Shown: piece after piece, positions 27,149 through 35,646 of the stretch
How positions within the stretch are numbered: the first letter of the stretch is position 1
How the letters are laid out: every line of letters starts with the position of its first letter
Origin: Chromatiaceae bacterium
GTDB taxonomy: Bacteria > Pseudomonadota > Gammaproteobacteria > Chromatiales > Chromatiaceae
Direction: 5' to 3'
Assembly: GCA_024235175.1 (NCBI GenBank)
Contig: JACKMX010000009.1
Coordinates: forward strand, 32,704-96,703
Length of the DNA stretch: 64,000 nt
The notes under the pieces: model-generated
What the model was told of the DNA's origin: nothing
The model's input: the letters and a program-made list of their open reading frames with translations, nothing else
Database searches by the model: none
Program-made: the position numbers and the translations under genes

Positions 27149-27290
27149 CCCTCACCCCAACCCTCTCCCTCACGAGGGAGAGGGGGCTTTTGCGACACCC
27201 TCCTTAGGGGGAGAGGGGGCTTTTGCGACACTCTCTGGAGGAAGAAGGGATAGAGCTTTTCACGACATCTTCTGAGTGAGAGGGAAATTC
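27149..27290. repeat. REP-like element: 9-bp-stem hairpin plus about three degenerate 33-36-bp tandem units
   Basis: CCCTCTCCC-tcacga-GGGAGAGGG spans 27161-27184. The unit GAGAGGGGGCTTTTGCGACAC starts at 27178 and again at 27211, with a degenerate third copy near 27245. A related copy lies at 33718-33773. Confidence 0.7.
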
Positions 27291-27334
27291 AGTTTTCAGA
27301 CAGGTATTGGATAGCATCAGACACCACCGGGTAA

Positions 27335-28858
27335 TTGAACATGACGGGAACGACTGAAACCAGAACGTATGCGGAAAAGGGTGATAGGAAATCCTGCCAT
27401 GGCCGGATGTGGTGTTGGCTGGGTTCTCTGCTGCTGTTGCTTGTTCTTGCCACGGGTGTCTGGCTGGGTATACGTTTCGGTACGGACCGTGCGGTCACCT
27501 ACCAGGATGATGTCGAGCACTTCAAGTATGGTTCCACCGGTGGTGAACGGGAGTCCGGATTCCCTTACTGGATCTGGCGTGCTCTGCCGACGGTATGCGC
27601 AGATTATCTGCCGGGCGAGGGATATGCATCCCTGGGCATGATTTTTGAGAAGGGGAAGGACCTGCCGGTAGGTGTTTCCAAGCGCAGGGTGACGGGTCTT
27701 GATCGGGTGTTTCTCAACTGCGCGGCATGTCATACCAACACCGTGCGTGACACGCCGCAAAGCGAGCCGAGGCTGATTGCCGGCATGCCCTCCAATACGC
27801 TGAACCTGCTGGCGTTCGAAAATTTCTTTTTCGGCTGTGCGGCGGATGCACGCTTTTCACCGGATCAGATTCTTCCGGCCATCGAGGCATTGAATGCGGA
27901 TCTGGATCTGATCGATAGATATCTGGTTTATCCGTTGGCGGTCCTGTTGATGCGCGATCAGGTTCTGATGTTGAAAAAGCGATTCGATTTTGTTGCACAT
28001 CAGCCTGCGTGGGGGCCTGGCCGGGTGGATACCTTCAACTCCGCCAAAGTGATATTCAACTTCCCCCTGGACAAGGCGGCGCCCGAGGAGTTGATCGGAG
28101 CCAGTGATTTCCCCTCGATCTGGAATCAGCGGCGGCGTCAGGGTATGCAGCTGCACTGGGACGGAAACAACACGCGTGTGGAGGAGCGCAACCGCAGCGC
28201 CGCCTTCGGTACAGGAGCCACGCCGCCGACACTGGACAGGGAGAGCATCCGCCGTACCGAAAACTGGTTGCTGGATGCAGCTTCTCCCGCTTGGCCATAT
28301 GGAGCGCTGAATGCCGCGCTTGTGGAGAAGGGCAGCAACATCTATCGACACTACTGCGCAGAATGTCACGGCGCCAGCGGTAAAGATTTCAGCGGTGCCA
28401 GGGTCGGAACCGTAGTTCCGATAAAAGTGATCGGCACCGACCGGGGCCGTCTCGACTCATACACACGGGTCCTGGCACTTAATCAGTCCATGCTTTACGC
28501 CGGATACGGTGATGAACGATTCAGCAACTTCCGTAAGACCAATGGCTACGCCAATATGCCGCTCGATGGCCTCTGGCTGCGGGCACCCTATCTGCACAAT
28601 GGCTCGGTACCCACACTGCGCGATCTGCTGGAACCTGCCGTCCGCAGACCGGTGCAGTTTTACCGCGGTTACGATGTTTACGACCCGGTCAGGGTGGGAT
28701 TTGTCCATAACGTCGCAGCCGAGGGAGAGAGGCGCTTTTTTCTGTACGACACCCAGGTGGCCGGAAACTCCAATCAGGGGCACGAAGGCAGAGCTTACGG
28801 GACCGAGCTGCCGGATGAGGATAAGGAGGCGTTGGTTGAATTTCTGAAAAGCTTCTGA
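27335..28858 (+). CDS. Membrane-anchored di-haem c-type cytochrome, CCP/MauG-like (507 aa)
   Basis: It has an N-terminal TM helix (WLGSLLLLLVLATGVWLGI) and two CxxCH motifs (CAACH, CAECH). LRAPYLHNGSVPTLRDLL matches the conserved C-terminal-haem region of di-haem cytochrome c peroxidase/MauG relatives. Confidence 0.75.
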   Translation: MNMTGTTETRTYAEKGDRKSCHGRMWCWLGSLLLLLVLATGVWLGIRFGTDRAVTYQDDVEHFKYGSTGGERESGFPYWIWRALPTVCADYLPGEGYASLGMIFEKGKDLPVGVSKRRVTGLDRVFLNCAACHTNTVRDTPQSEPRLIAGMPSNTLNLLAFENFFFGCAADARFSPDQILPAIEALNADLDLIDRYLVYPLAVLLMRDQVLMLKKRFDFVAHQPAWGPGRVDTFNSAKVIFNFPLDKAAPEELIGASDFPSIWNQRRRQGMQLHWDGNNTRVEERNRSAAFGTGATPPTLDRESIRRTENWLLDAASPAWPYGALNAALVEKGSNIYRHYCAECHGASGKDFSGARVGTVVPIKVIGTDRGRLDSYTRVLALNQSMLYAGYGDERFSNFRKTNGYANMPLDGLWLRAPYLHNGSVPTLRDLLEPAVRRPVQFYRGYDVYDPVRVGFVHNVAAEGERRFFLYDTQVAGNSNQGHEGRAYGTELPDEDKEALVEFLKSF

Positions 28859-28924
28859 TGCGGGATCTGTCAACCGTGTACGGATTCCCGGGATCAGGAA
28901 ACTTCAGCAAGCCGGAGAGAGAGA

Positions 28925-30367
28925 ATGATCATGGAAAAATCTGGGAAGCGGTGGAAACTCGTGCTCGGTCTGGTTATTGTGCTGGCCGGTATCGGTGGCG
29001 TCACCGCATGGTACAAGTTTTTCCGGGAAGTTCCGGACGGCCCATTTGCCAGCGCAGATGAGCGCTTCATGTATGGCTCCATCGGCGGCGAGAACGCGGC
29101 CGGCATCCCCTATTGGATTTATGCGGTGCTACCGCGCATGTTTCCGGAGTATCTGCCGGGTCCGGGCGGTTATGCGTCACTTGGGATCGCCTGGGAGGAG
29201 GGCCGGGAGATGCCGGTGGGTTTCACCAAGAAAGTGGTTGGCTTTCCCCGGGTAAGCAACACCTGCGCGGTTTGTCATACCGCGTCGTACCGCGCCAGTG
29301 CGGATTCCACACCCAGGTTTGTGGCGGCAGGTCCGGGTCATACTTCCAACGTTCAAGGCTTTTTCCGTTTCCTGCGGGACTGTGTAAACGATCCACGCTT
29401 CAATCCCGATAATCTGCTGGATGAGATAAAGCTGCTTACCGATCTTTCGTTTTTGGATAGGCTGCTTTACCGGTTCATTATCATACCCTTCACCAAAAAG
29501 GCGTTACTGGAACGGAACTTCGACTGGATGGAGCGGGAGGATATGGCAGCCTGGGGCCATGGACGCGACGATGCGATGAACCTGACCAAGTACTTCATGC
29601 TGGAGATGGATGAGGATGGAACCTTTGGCCCGACCGATTTTCCATCCATCTGGAATCTCAAGAAATACCGGCCGGAGCAGGGTATGCGCATGAACTGGGA
29701 CGGCGCCACCTGGAATGCCCGCTCCGTGTTGATTGATTCGGCGCTGGGCATAGTGGCTGAGCCGCAAAACGATTTTCTGGAGCAGATGGATTGGCTTCTT
29801 GAGTACCTTGGCAACCTGCCGCCGCCGAAGTACCCCTTCCCCATCGATGCGGCTCTGGCACTTGAGGGGAGGCCGTTGTTCGAGTCCGAATGTGCGCGCT
29901 GCCACCAGAGTGAACGAACCGGCAAACGGATACCCTTGGCGGAGGTCGGGACCGATGAAAACCGAATTCTGAGCTGGAGTCACGAAGCGGCGAAGGCTGC
30001 GAATAAAAAGGCACTGGAGCTGGGTGTGGAACGGCGCGGCATGATTGAGGATGAACCGCTGGACGGTTATATCGCGGTACATCTGGACGGCATATGGTTG
30101 CGGGCCCCATATCTGCACAATGGTTCGGTACCCACGCTGGCTGATTTGCTGAAACCGGTGTCGGAGCGCCCCGTCTTTTTCTATCGCGGGTATGATCTCT
30201 ATGACCGGGTCAATCTGGGATTTGTGTCGGATGGCGCGGTAGCGGAACGCGTGGGCAACCGTCATGACACGCGGTTGCGGGGAAATGGCAACCAGGGGCA
30301 CGAGTATGGCCTAACACTATCGGCAGCGGAGAAGCTCGCGTTGATCGAGTATCTGAAGACCCTGTAA
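28925..30367 (+). CDS. Membrane-anchored di-haem c-type cytochrome, tandem paralogue of 27335-28858 (480 aa)
   Basis: It has an N-terminal TM helix (WKLVLGLVIVLAGIGGVTAWY), CAVCH and CARCH motifs, and LRAPYLHNGSVPTLADLL. It is collinear with the upstream paralogue over its full length by eye. Confidence 0.75.
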   Translation: MIMEKSGKRWKLVLGLVIVLAGIGGVTAWYKFFREVPDGPFASADERFMYGSIGGENAAGIPYWIYAVLPRMFPEYLPGPGGYASLGIAWEEGREMPVGFTKKVVGFPRVSNTCAVCHTASYRASADSTPRFVAAGPGHTSNVQGFFRFLRDCVNDPRFNPDNLLDEIKLLTDLSFLDRLLYRFIIIPFTKKALLERNFDWMEREDMAAWGHGRDDAMNLTKYFMLEMDEDGTFGPTDFPSIWNLKKYRPEQGMRMNWDGATWNARSVLIDSALGIVAEPQNDFLEQMDWLLEYLGNLPPPKYPFPIDAALALEGRPLFESECARCHQSERTGKRIPLAEVGTDENRILSWSHEAAKAANKKALELGVERRGMIEDEPLDGYIAVHLDGIWLRAPYLHNGSVPTLADLLKPVSERPVFFYRGYDLYDRVNLGFVSDGAVAERVGNRHDTRLRGNGNQGHEYGLTLSAAEKLALIEYLKTL

Positions 30368-30384
30368 GCTGAACGGGACCACCT

Positions 30385-30864
30385 TCAGCCCGATTTTCTG
30401 AATTCGAACGAGATGCTGACCTCTTTGGTCTTCTCCATCACCGCGATGGCCTCCTCCAGGTCGATCTTGTGCGGGTTTTCACTGTCGCTGGCCATAAGCG
30501 CATCGTAGAGTTCACGCTGCTCCAGAATGCGGTGTTCGCTGCTGGCACTCTGCACATATGCAGCCCAGGGTATGAACTTGGTGAGCGGGAAGACCTGATC
30601 CTCCCGCGGTGAAATGTCGATATTGAGACCGGCGATGAACAGCAGATTCCGGTTTTGATAACCTTGCTCTTTACTAAGTGTACGGTAGGTGCGGTCGAAC
30701 TCCACCTGGGTGTTGACCTGAGCCGCCGCCAGAGCGGGTGCGGCGTCGGTCAGAATCCAGGGCATGGGGTTGATCAGATTGTGCTCCAGGTGGCTTTGGT
30801 TTTCTGTCAGCGACAGAGAGGCAGCTTCCTTGCAGCTGCCGCCGGTGGGATTCCCCTGCATCAA
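30385..30864 (-). CDS. Hypothetical protein translationally coupled to the ECF sigma factor (possible atypical anti-sigma partner)
   Basis: Its start overlaps the sigma gene stop by 4 nt. It has no TM helix and no HxxxCxxC zinc motif. Confidence 0.55.
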   Translation of the reverse strand: MMQGNPTGGSCKEAASLSLTENQSHLEHNLINPMPWILTDAAPALAAAQVNTQVEFDRTYRTLSKEQGYQNRNLLFIAGLNIDISPREDQVFPLTKFIPWAAYVQSASSEHRILEQRELYDALMASDSENPHKIDLEEAIAVMEKTKEVSISFEFRKSG

Positions 30865-31397
30865 GTGGCTAGCGCCAGGCGCAGTTTCTGGCGGGCTCTG
30901 AACAGTCGCGTCCCGACACCCGCAGAGCTGATGCCGATCTGCTGAGCGATCTCCTTCTGCGAGTAACCCTCGATCACCTGTTTTATCAGTGGAGTCCGGT
31001 ACTCTTCATCCAGTTCGCCTATCGCCCTGCGCAACACGAAGGCTTCGGTCGAAGTGTCGTAGTTGTTTTCCCGCTCCCCCAACTCCTCCAGCGGAATATC
31101 GGAGTGCTTGGGTTGATAACGCTCGAAGCGGCGGGCATTTTCACGCCGCAGGATAGTCAACAACCAGCCTTTGGCTGCTTCCACATCCTGCAGTCCGTCG
31201 AGGGATTTCCAGGCTCTCAGAGAAGCCTCCTGCACCAGATCCTCAGCGCAGTGTCTGTCACCGGCGAGCCAGTATGCATAACGGCGCATGTCAATTTCAT
31301 GGCGCGCAAACAGCTGCTTGAAAAGGATATGCTTTGTTGAGGTCTCGGGAGTATTGCTTTTAGCCCCCTCATCTTCGGCGAGCGCGTAGTTTTTCAT
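30861..31397 (-). CDS. ECF-type RNA polymerase sigma-70 family factor
   Basis: The region 2 string is ...HCAEDLVQEASLRAWKS.... The region 4 HTH is ...GYSQKEIAQQIGISSAGVGTRLFRARQKLR.... Confidence 0.85.
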   Translation of the reverse strand: MKNYALAEDEGAKSNTPETSTKHILFKQLFARHEIDMRRYAYWLAGDRHCAEDLVQEASLRAWKSLDGLQDVEAAKGWLLTILRRENARRFERYQPKHSDIPLEELGERENNYDTSTEAFVLRRAIGELDEEYRTPLIKQVIEGYSQKEIAQQIGISSAGVGTRLFRARQKLRLALAT

Positions 31398-31611
31398 TGT
31401 TCTATCCTGCGGTTACTGGTTAACGAAGTCGTTTGACAGGTAACCAAGCAGGAGTCGTGCCAAAACTATAACTTATTGTTTTTATTAAATAAATAATTCT
31501 TAACCACGGTATTATCGTAACGAATCGTTATAACAAAACGTTAAAGGCATCGATCTGTTGTCAGGAGCTTCCGGGACGAGCAAAGGACCAAAGGGGATCT
31601 GATGTGTGCCC

Positions 31612-31929
31612 CTAGCCGTCTTCATCCTCGACAATATGGAAAGGATAATAGTAATGATTGATATGTTTTTTGGACGGGTCGACCACCTGCTTTTGAAACA
31701 TATCCTCCATAAGCTTTTCGTTGTATTTCTGCCGCTTCTTTGGGTCTTTGAGTGTGGCATAAGCCTTGTTAATCAGTTTAAACATCTCTTCTGCGTCGAA
31801 TCGATTGCAGACGTCAGGGTGAAATTCTTTGGCTTTTTTGCGGTATGCGGATCTTATCTCTTCCTGGCTGGCGCGAGCCGTTACGCCCAACAGCGCATAA
31901 TAGGTTTTTTTATATTCGTCTAACTTCAC
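31612..31929 (-). CDS. Small J-domain (DnaJ-like) protein
   Basis: YYALLGVTARASQEEIRSAYRKKAKEFHPDV contains the HPD motif. At 105 aa it has no Gly/Phe or zinc-finger region. Confidence 0.8.
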   Translation of the reverse strand: MKLDEYKKTYYALLGVTARASQEEIRSAYRKKAKEFHPDVCNRFDAEEMFKLINKAYATLKDPKKRQKYNEKLMEDMFQKQVVDPSKKHINHYYYPFHIVEDEDG

Positions 31930-32265
31930 TTTATTGCTGTACCTTAACTTCTTTAAGGAAGCCGGATAAATCCACCGAAGGGGCCGCTGGTCAATTCCGC
32001 CCGAGTGAAAAATCTATTTGGCGCCGGGCGATCACATGCGGCCGCTGGCCTTTTTTGATGGAGTTCCACATCCCGATGAAAGTCGCCTCTTCTTATATTG
32101 TCGCGGATATTCCCAGGCCTGCGTAATTCCGGCTCGAACAGCAAGTGCGCGGCAACACAATTCTAGGCCAATGAGGGACTTTAAACAATTGAACACAAAG
32201 CAGTTGAGGGCAGAGTTATGGGGATAAGATTACAGCCCTGTCATCTACAACATTCGGACGGCCGG

Positions 32266-33639
32266 TCAGGGCAGGGTGAGCGCGTATTTCTTGATTTTCC
32301 GGTCAAGTGCGGGGCGTGATATGCCGAGAATGTCGCAGCTTTTCCCTTTGTGACCGCCCGTGTGATTCAGCACCTGCTGTATATGTTCGGCCTCGACCTG
32401 GTTCAATGTTTTCAGTACGGACGCCGCCTGTAAAGAGGCTTCCGGCACTCTGCCGAATGACTCGGCAACGACAGCTGTCTGTTTCATCGGCAGCAGGTCT
32501 GGTGTCAGCACACCGCCTCTGGCCTGCACCAGTGCCTGGGTCAACACATTCTCAAGTTCACGCACGTTTCCTGGCCAGTCGTGCAGCTGAAGGGCGGCAA
32601 TTGTTGCCGCGGTCGGCTGAAGCGGTGGTTTGTGAATTTTGCGGGCGATCCTCTCGATCAGTGCTTTGGCCAGCAAGGGGATATCCTCAAGCCGCTCCCG
32701 CAGGGGTGGCAGTGTGATATTGATCACTTTCAGCCGGTATGCCAGATCCTGCCGGAAACGGCCGGCGGCGGCTTCAGCCAGCAGATCCCTGTTGGTGGCG
32801 CTGAGGATGCGGGCGTTAGTGCTTATCTGTTGTGTGCCGCCAACCCGCTCGAATACCTGTTCCTGCAATGCACGTAAAAGTTTCGCCTGCAGCGGTGCAG
32901 CCAGTTCCCCGATCTCGTCCAGGAACAGGGTGCCGTCCTGGGCCAATTCGAATTTTCCGGGTTTTCTTGCATCGGCGCCGGTAAACGCCCCTTTTTCATG
33001 GCCAAACAGTTCGCTCTCCAGCAAGGTATCAACGATGGCTGCACAGTTGACTGCCACAAACGGCCCCTTGCGTTCAGAGTGGGCATGGATCAGACGCGCC
33101 ACCACCTCCTTCCCGGTTCCGGATTCTCCGCTGATCAGCACGTTTGCGGCACTGCCCGCACAAAGCGCTATCTCTTTGCTAACTTGCAGCATGGCGTCGC
33201 TACGACCGATCAATTCACGCGTTTTTACCGGATCATCCGGGGCTGGCTGAAGCGCCTCCACCTCGCGGGAGAGGCGGCGGGTCTCCATCACACGGTCGAC
33301 CACGATCTGCAATGCATCGGTTTTAATCGGTTTGTGGATAAAGTCGGAGGCACCCTGTTTGATCGCTTCGATAGCAAGCTCCAGGTTGTGTGCGCCGGTC
33401 ATCATCACAACCGCCTGACCCGGTTCCAGTGCCTGGATCCGGTGCAGCAGTTCCAATCCAGTGCCGTCCGGTAATTGCTGATCCAATAGAATCAGATCAA
33501 ATGCGCTCTTATGCAGCTGCGCCATCCCCTCTTTACAGGTCGCCACGCCCATTACAGAGAATCCGTTCTCCTCGAAATGGAGTTGCAGCATCTGGTTCAG
33601 GCCAGTGTCATCTTCGATGATCAGCAGTCGTTTGCTCAT
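32266..33639 (-). CDS. Sigma-54-dependent response regulator (NtrC family)
   Basis: It has a receiver domain (RLLIIEDDTG...), an AAA+ core (GESGTGKEVVARLIH, ESELFGHEKGAFTGA) and a C-terminal Fis-type HTH. The ORF extends to 33705; Met at 33639 is chosen because it immediately precedes the receiver domain. Confidence 0.85.
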   Translation of the reverse strand: MSKRLLIIEDDTGLNQMLQLHFEENGFSVMGVATCKEGMAQLHKSAFDLILLDQQLPDGTGLELLHRIQALEPGQAVVMMTGAHNLELAIEAIKQGASDFIHKPIKTDALQIVVDRVMETRRLSREVEALQPAPDDPVKTRELIGRSDAMLQVSKEIALCAGSAANVLISGESGTGKEVVARLIHAHSERKGPFVAVNCAAIVDTLLESELFGHEKGAFTGADARKPGKFELAQDGTLFLDEIGELAAPLQAKLLRALQEQVFERVGGTQQISTNARILSATNRDLLAEAAAGRFRQDLAYRLKVINITLPPLRERLEDIPLLAKALIERIARKIHKPPLQPTAATIAALQLHDWPGNVRELENVLTQALVQARGGVLTPDLLPMKQTAVVAESFGRVPEASLQAASVLKTLNQVEAEHIQQVLNHTGGHKGKSCDILGISRPALDRKIKKYALTLP

Positions 33640-33717
33640 AGGTTTCAGTATACGTTTTTGGCTTTCCGATGAAAGAGCGGCGGTGCAAAACGGATAGGCC
33701 GGCAACGGGAATTTAAA

Positions 33718-33773
33718 CCCCTCACCCTAACTCTCTCCCTTTTCGGGGAGAGGGAACTTTTACGACACCCCCC
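33718..33773. repeat. Second copy of the REP-like element
   Basis: CCCCTCACCCTAACTCTCTCCC-ttttcg-GGGAGAGGGAACTTTTACGACACCCCCC is collinear with 27149-27200. Confidence 0.65.
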
Positions 33774-33931
33774 AGGTGGGGATATGGATATCTGTCCATC
33801 AACTGTCCGGGAACGACTGCGGCTTTTGTAATCTGCCTGTTGGTACGGCACTTGATGAGACAACAGAAACCGGTGAAACTTGGAGAACCGCTTGATGCCG
33901 ATTCGATGATTCGATTTTCCAGGAGATTCGT

Positions 33932-34249
33932 ATGGACGAAATGACGCGTTTAAAACTTGAAGCAGCCGCTTTCCGGGGACTTGTCGGGCACCTCAGGGAG
34001 CGCACTGACGTACAGAATATCGACATCATGAATCTGGCGGGATTCTGCCGGAACTGTCTGTCAAAATGGTACAAGGCAGCAGCGGAAGAGCTGGCTGTTG
34101 AGCTGTCCAAGGAGGAGGCTCTGGAGGCAATTTATGGCATGCCATACAGTGAATGGAAAATCAGGTATCAGAAAGAGGCAACGCCGGAGCAGATGCAAAA
34201 ATTCGAACAGACCAAGCCGCTGCACGCCAAAATCAGTGGTCATACCTGA
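33932..34249 (+). CDS. DUF1244-family protein
   Basis: The string ...VQNIDIMNLAGFCRNCLSKWY... is characteristic of DUF1244 (about 100 aa). Confidence 0.75.
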   Translation: MDEMTRLKLEAAAFRGLVGHLRERTDVQNIDIMNLAGFCRNCLSKWYKAAAEELAVELSKEEALEAIYGMPYSEWKIRYQKEATPEQMQKFEQTKPLHAKISGHT

Positions 34250-34511
34250 ATGGCACTTAATTTAAGCCGATACGGGTTGTTCCTGAAGGAAATGTCAGTG
34301 GCAGGCGACCCACAGGGATGTGGGAAGGTAGAGCAATGCAGGAGCAATTGCCGAGATGCCACTGTCGAGCCTACGCCGCACATGGACGTGCAAGTGCCGC
34401 GTAAGGCAGGAGCCGTTAGCGGCCATGGATGTATTTACGGCGTTTTACGGAAGAAATGACCTGTGTCGGTAGGTCGACTGGTCGACGATTACCGTTAAGT
34501 AAGTGCCATTC
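34248..34511. mobile_element. MITE-like 264-bp element bounded by perfect 12-bp inverted repeats
   Basis: GAATGGCACTTA at 34248-34259 pairs with TAAGTGCCATTC at 34500-34511. The interior carries three short hairpin motifs of the type CA(G/T)GGA(T/C)GT, at 34312-34324, 34380-34392 and 34423-34435. Confidence 0.45.
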
Positions 34512-34594
34512 TGGTCATAACTGATTTTTTTAACTGTTTTACACTTGGCTCCGCCCTAAACTCCCCGCCTCGGCTTCAGGTTCATATCGCGGTT

Positions 34595-34825
34595 TCAATG
34601 CAGATTCCCGCTTTTTTTCGTGTCGATTTCGGCCATCCGCCTGGCGAAATCCTGCTGACTTAACTCTCCTTTTTCTAGGCGTTGTTTTAAGGAGTTGATG
34701 ATCTGTTCCCTGGTTGCAGGGTTACGGCTCCTGGATTTGGCCCAGGTGATGGCGAAAGCGATGCCACCGAGCGCTGAGCCCCAGAATACCAGCATGGCCC
34801 AGACGCCAAATTCTGACATATCCAT
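34595..34825 (-). CDS. Small membrane protein with SHOCT-like C-terminus
   Basis: It has an N-terminal TM helix (WAMLVFWGSALGGIAFAITW). The C-terminal LEKGELSQQDFARRMAEI resembles the SHOCT motif. Confidence 0.6.
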   Translation of the reverse strand: MDMSEFGVWAMLVFWGSALGGIAFAITWAKSRSRNPATREQIINSLKQRLEKGELSQQDFARRMAEIDTKKSGNLH

Positions 34826-35038
34826 AAGGTTTTCCGCTCCCGTATCTGTGGCCGATCATTATACAACCTGGGCAGCTCTCCCCACTGCCCCTATTTTAGT
34901 CCGTTTTCTTTAGGGTTTTTGTATACTGCTTCGGCTATACTGGCAAAAGTTGTTTGTGTCCAGTGGTTTTCAGTGGAAAAGTGATATGGTGTTTCGTATT
35001 CTTTTGAGGTTCTTCCGTAGATAGAGGGTGTTGTTGGT

Positions 35039-35623
35039 ATGGTGGAGAAAGGCAGCAGCCCCGGCAGTGATGCTGAAGATGCGGTATTGCAACAGCAGTT
35101 TGTACGCGCCGTCACCTCATTTGAGGCGATAATTCTCAGTCAGATAGATATCAAAAATAAACTGGCTGACCGGCTCAACTATAGCATTCGGGCCGGTATC
35201 ATTATTCTCGGCTTCGTCGCTATCTCAATACTGATTCTGCTTCTCACACTCTCCTCGCAGATTAATCGTATCTCCGCTGTCGTCAGTGAAATGAATCAGG
35301 ATTTCTTTGTTGTGGCCGGGGATATGGCACGTATAAACGGTTATATCGCGTCCATGGAACAGCGGGTGGCACTACTGGACAATATCAACGGCCAAACCGC
35401 GATTATGGATGAGGAGATGGCAACTATTGCCACGGATCTCGAGGTGATGCGAGTCTCGGTTGGCGAGATCGGCGGCCATCTCAACCAGATACGGGGCAAT
35501 GTGGGAAATATCGCCGTATCCATGGACAGGATGGATATAGAGGTCATTAACATGGCCCATGAAATGCACCGCATGGGCGGCAGTGCCCGCAGCATAAATA
35601 AAATGATGCCGTTCCTGCCTTAG
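35039..35623 (+). CDS. Membrane-anchored Met-rich coiled-coil protein (paralogue A)
   Basis: It has one TM helix (IIILGFVAISILILLLTL). The C-terminal ~120 aa show periodic Met/Ile/Val, ending ...NKMMPFLP*. Confidence 0.65.
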   Translation: MVEKGSSPGSDAEDAVLQQQFVRAVTSFEAIILSQIDIKNKLADRLNYSIRAGIIILGFVAISILILLLTLSSQINRISAVVSEMNQDFFVVAGDMARINGYIASMEQRVALLDNINGQTAIMDEEMATIATDLEVMRVSVGEIGGHLNQIRGNVGNIAVSMDRMDIEVINMAHEMHRMGGSARSINKMMPFLP

Positions 35624-35646
35624 GCGCGGTTGACGGGAGATCGATT

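Noticed and set aside
34251-34268. TGGCAC strings as sigma-54 -24 elements. Candidates are 34251, 54633 and, inside a CDS, about 57612.
   Set aside because: None has a TTGC(A/T) -12 element at the required N5 spacing. The first is part of the MITE terminal repeat.
34250-34459. 69-aa ORF inside the MITE-like element.
   Set aside because: It is fully contained in a repeat bounded by inverted repeats. The sequence is dominated by hairpin motifs, and it has no start context.
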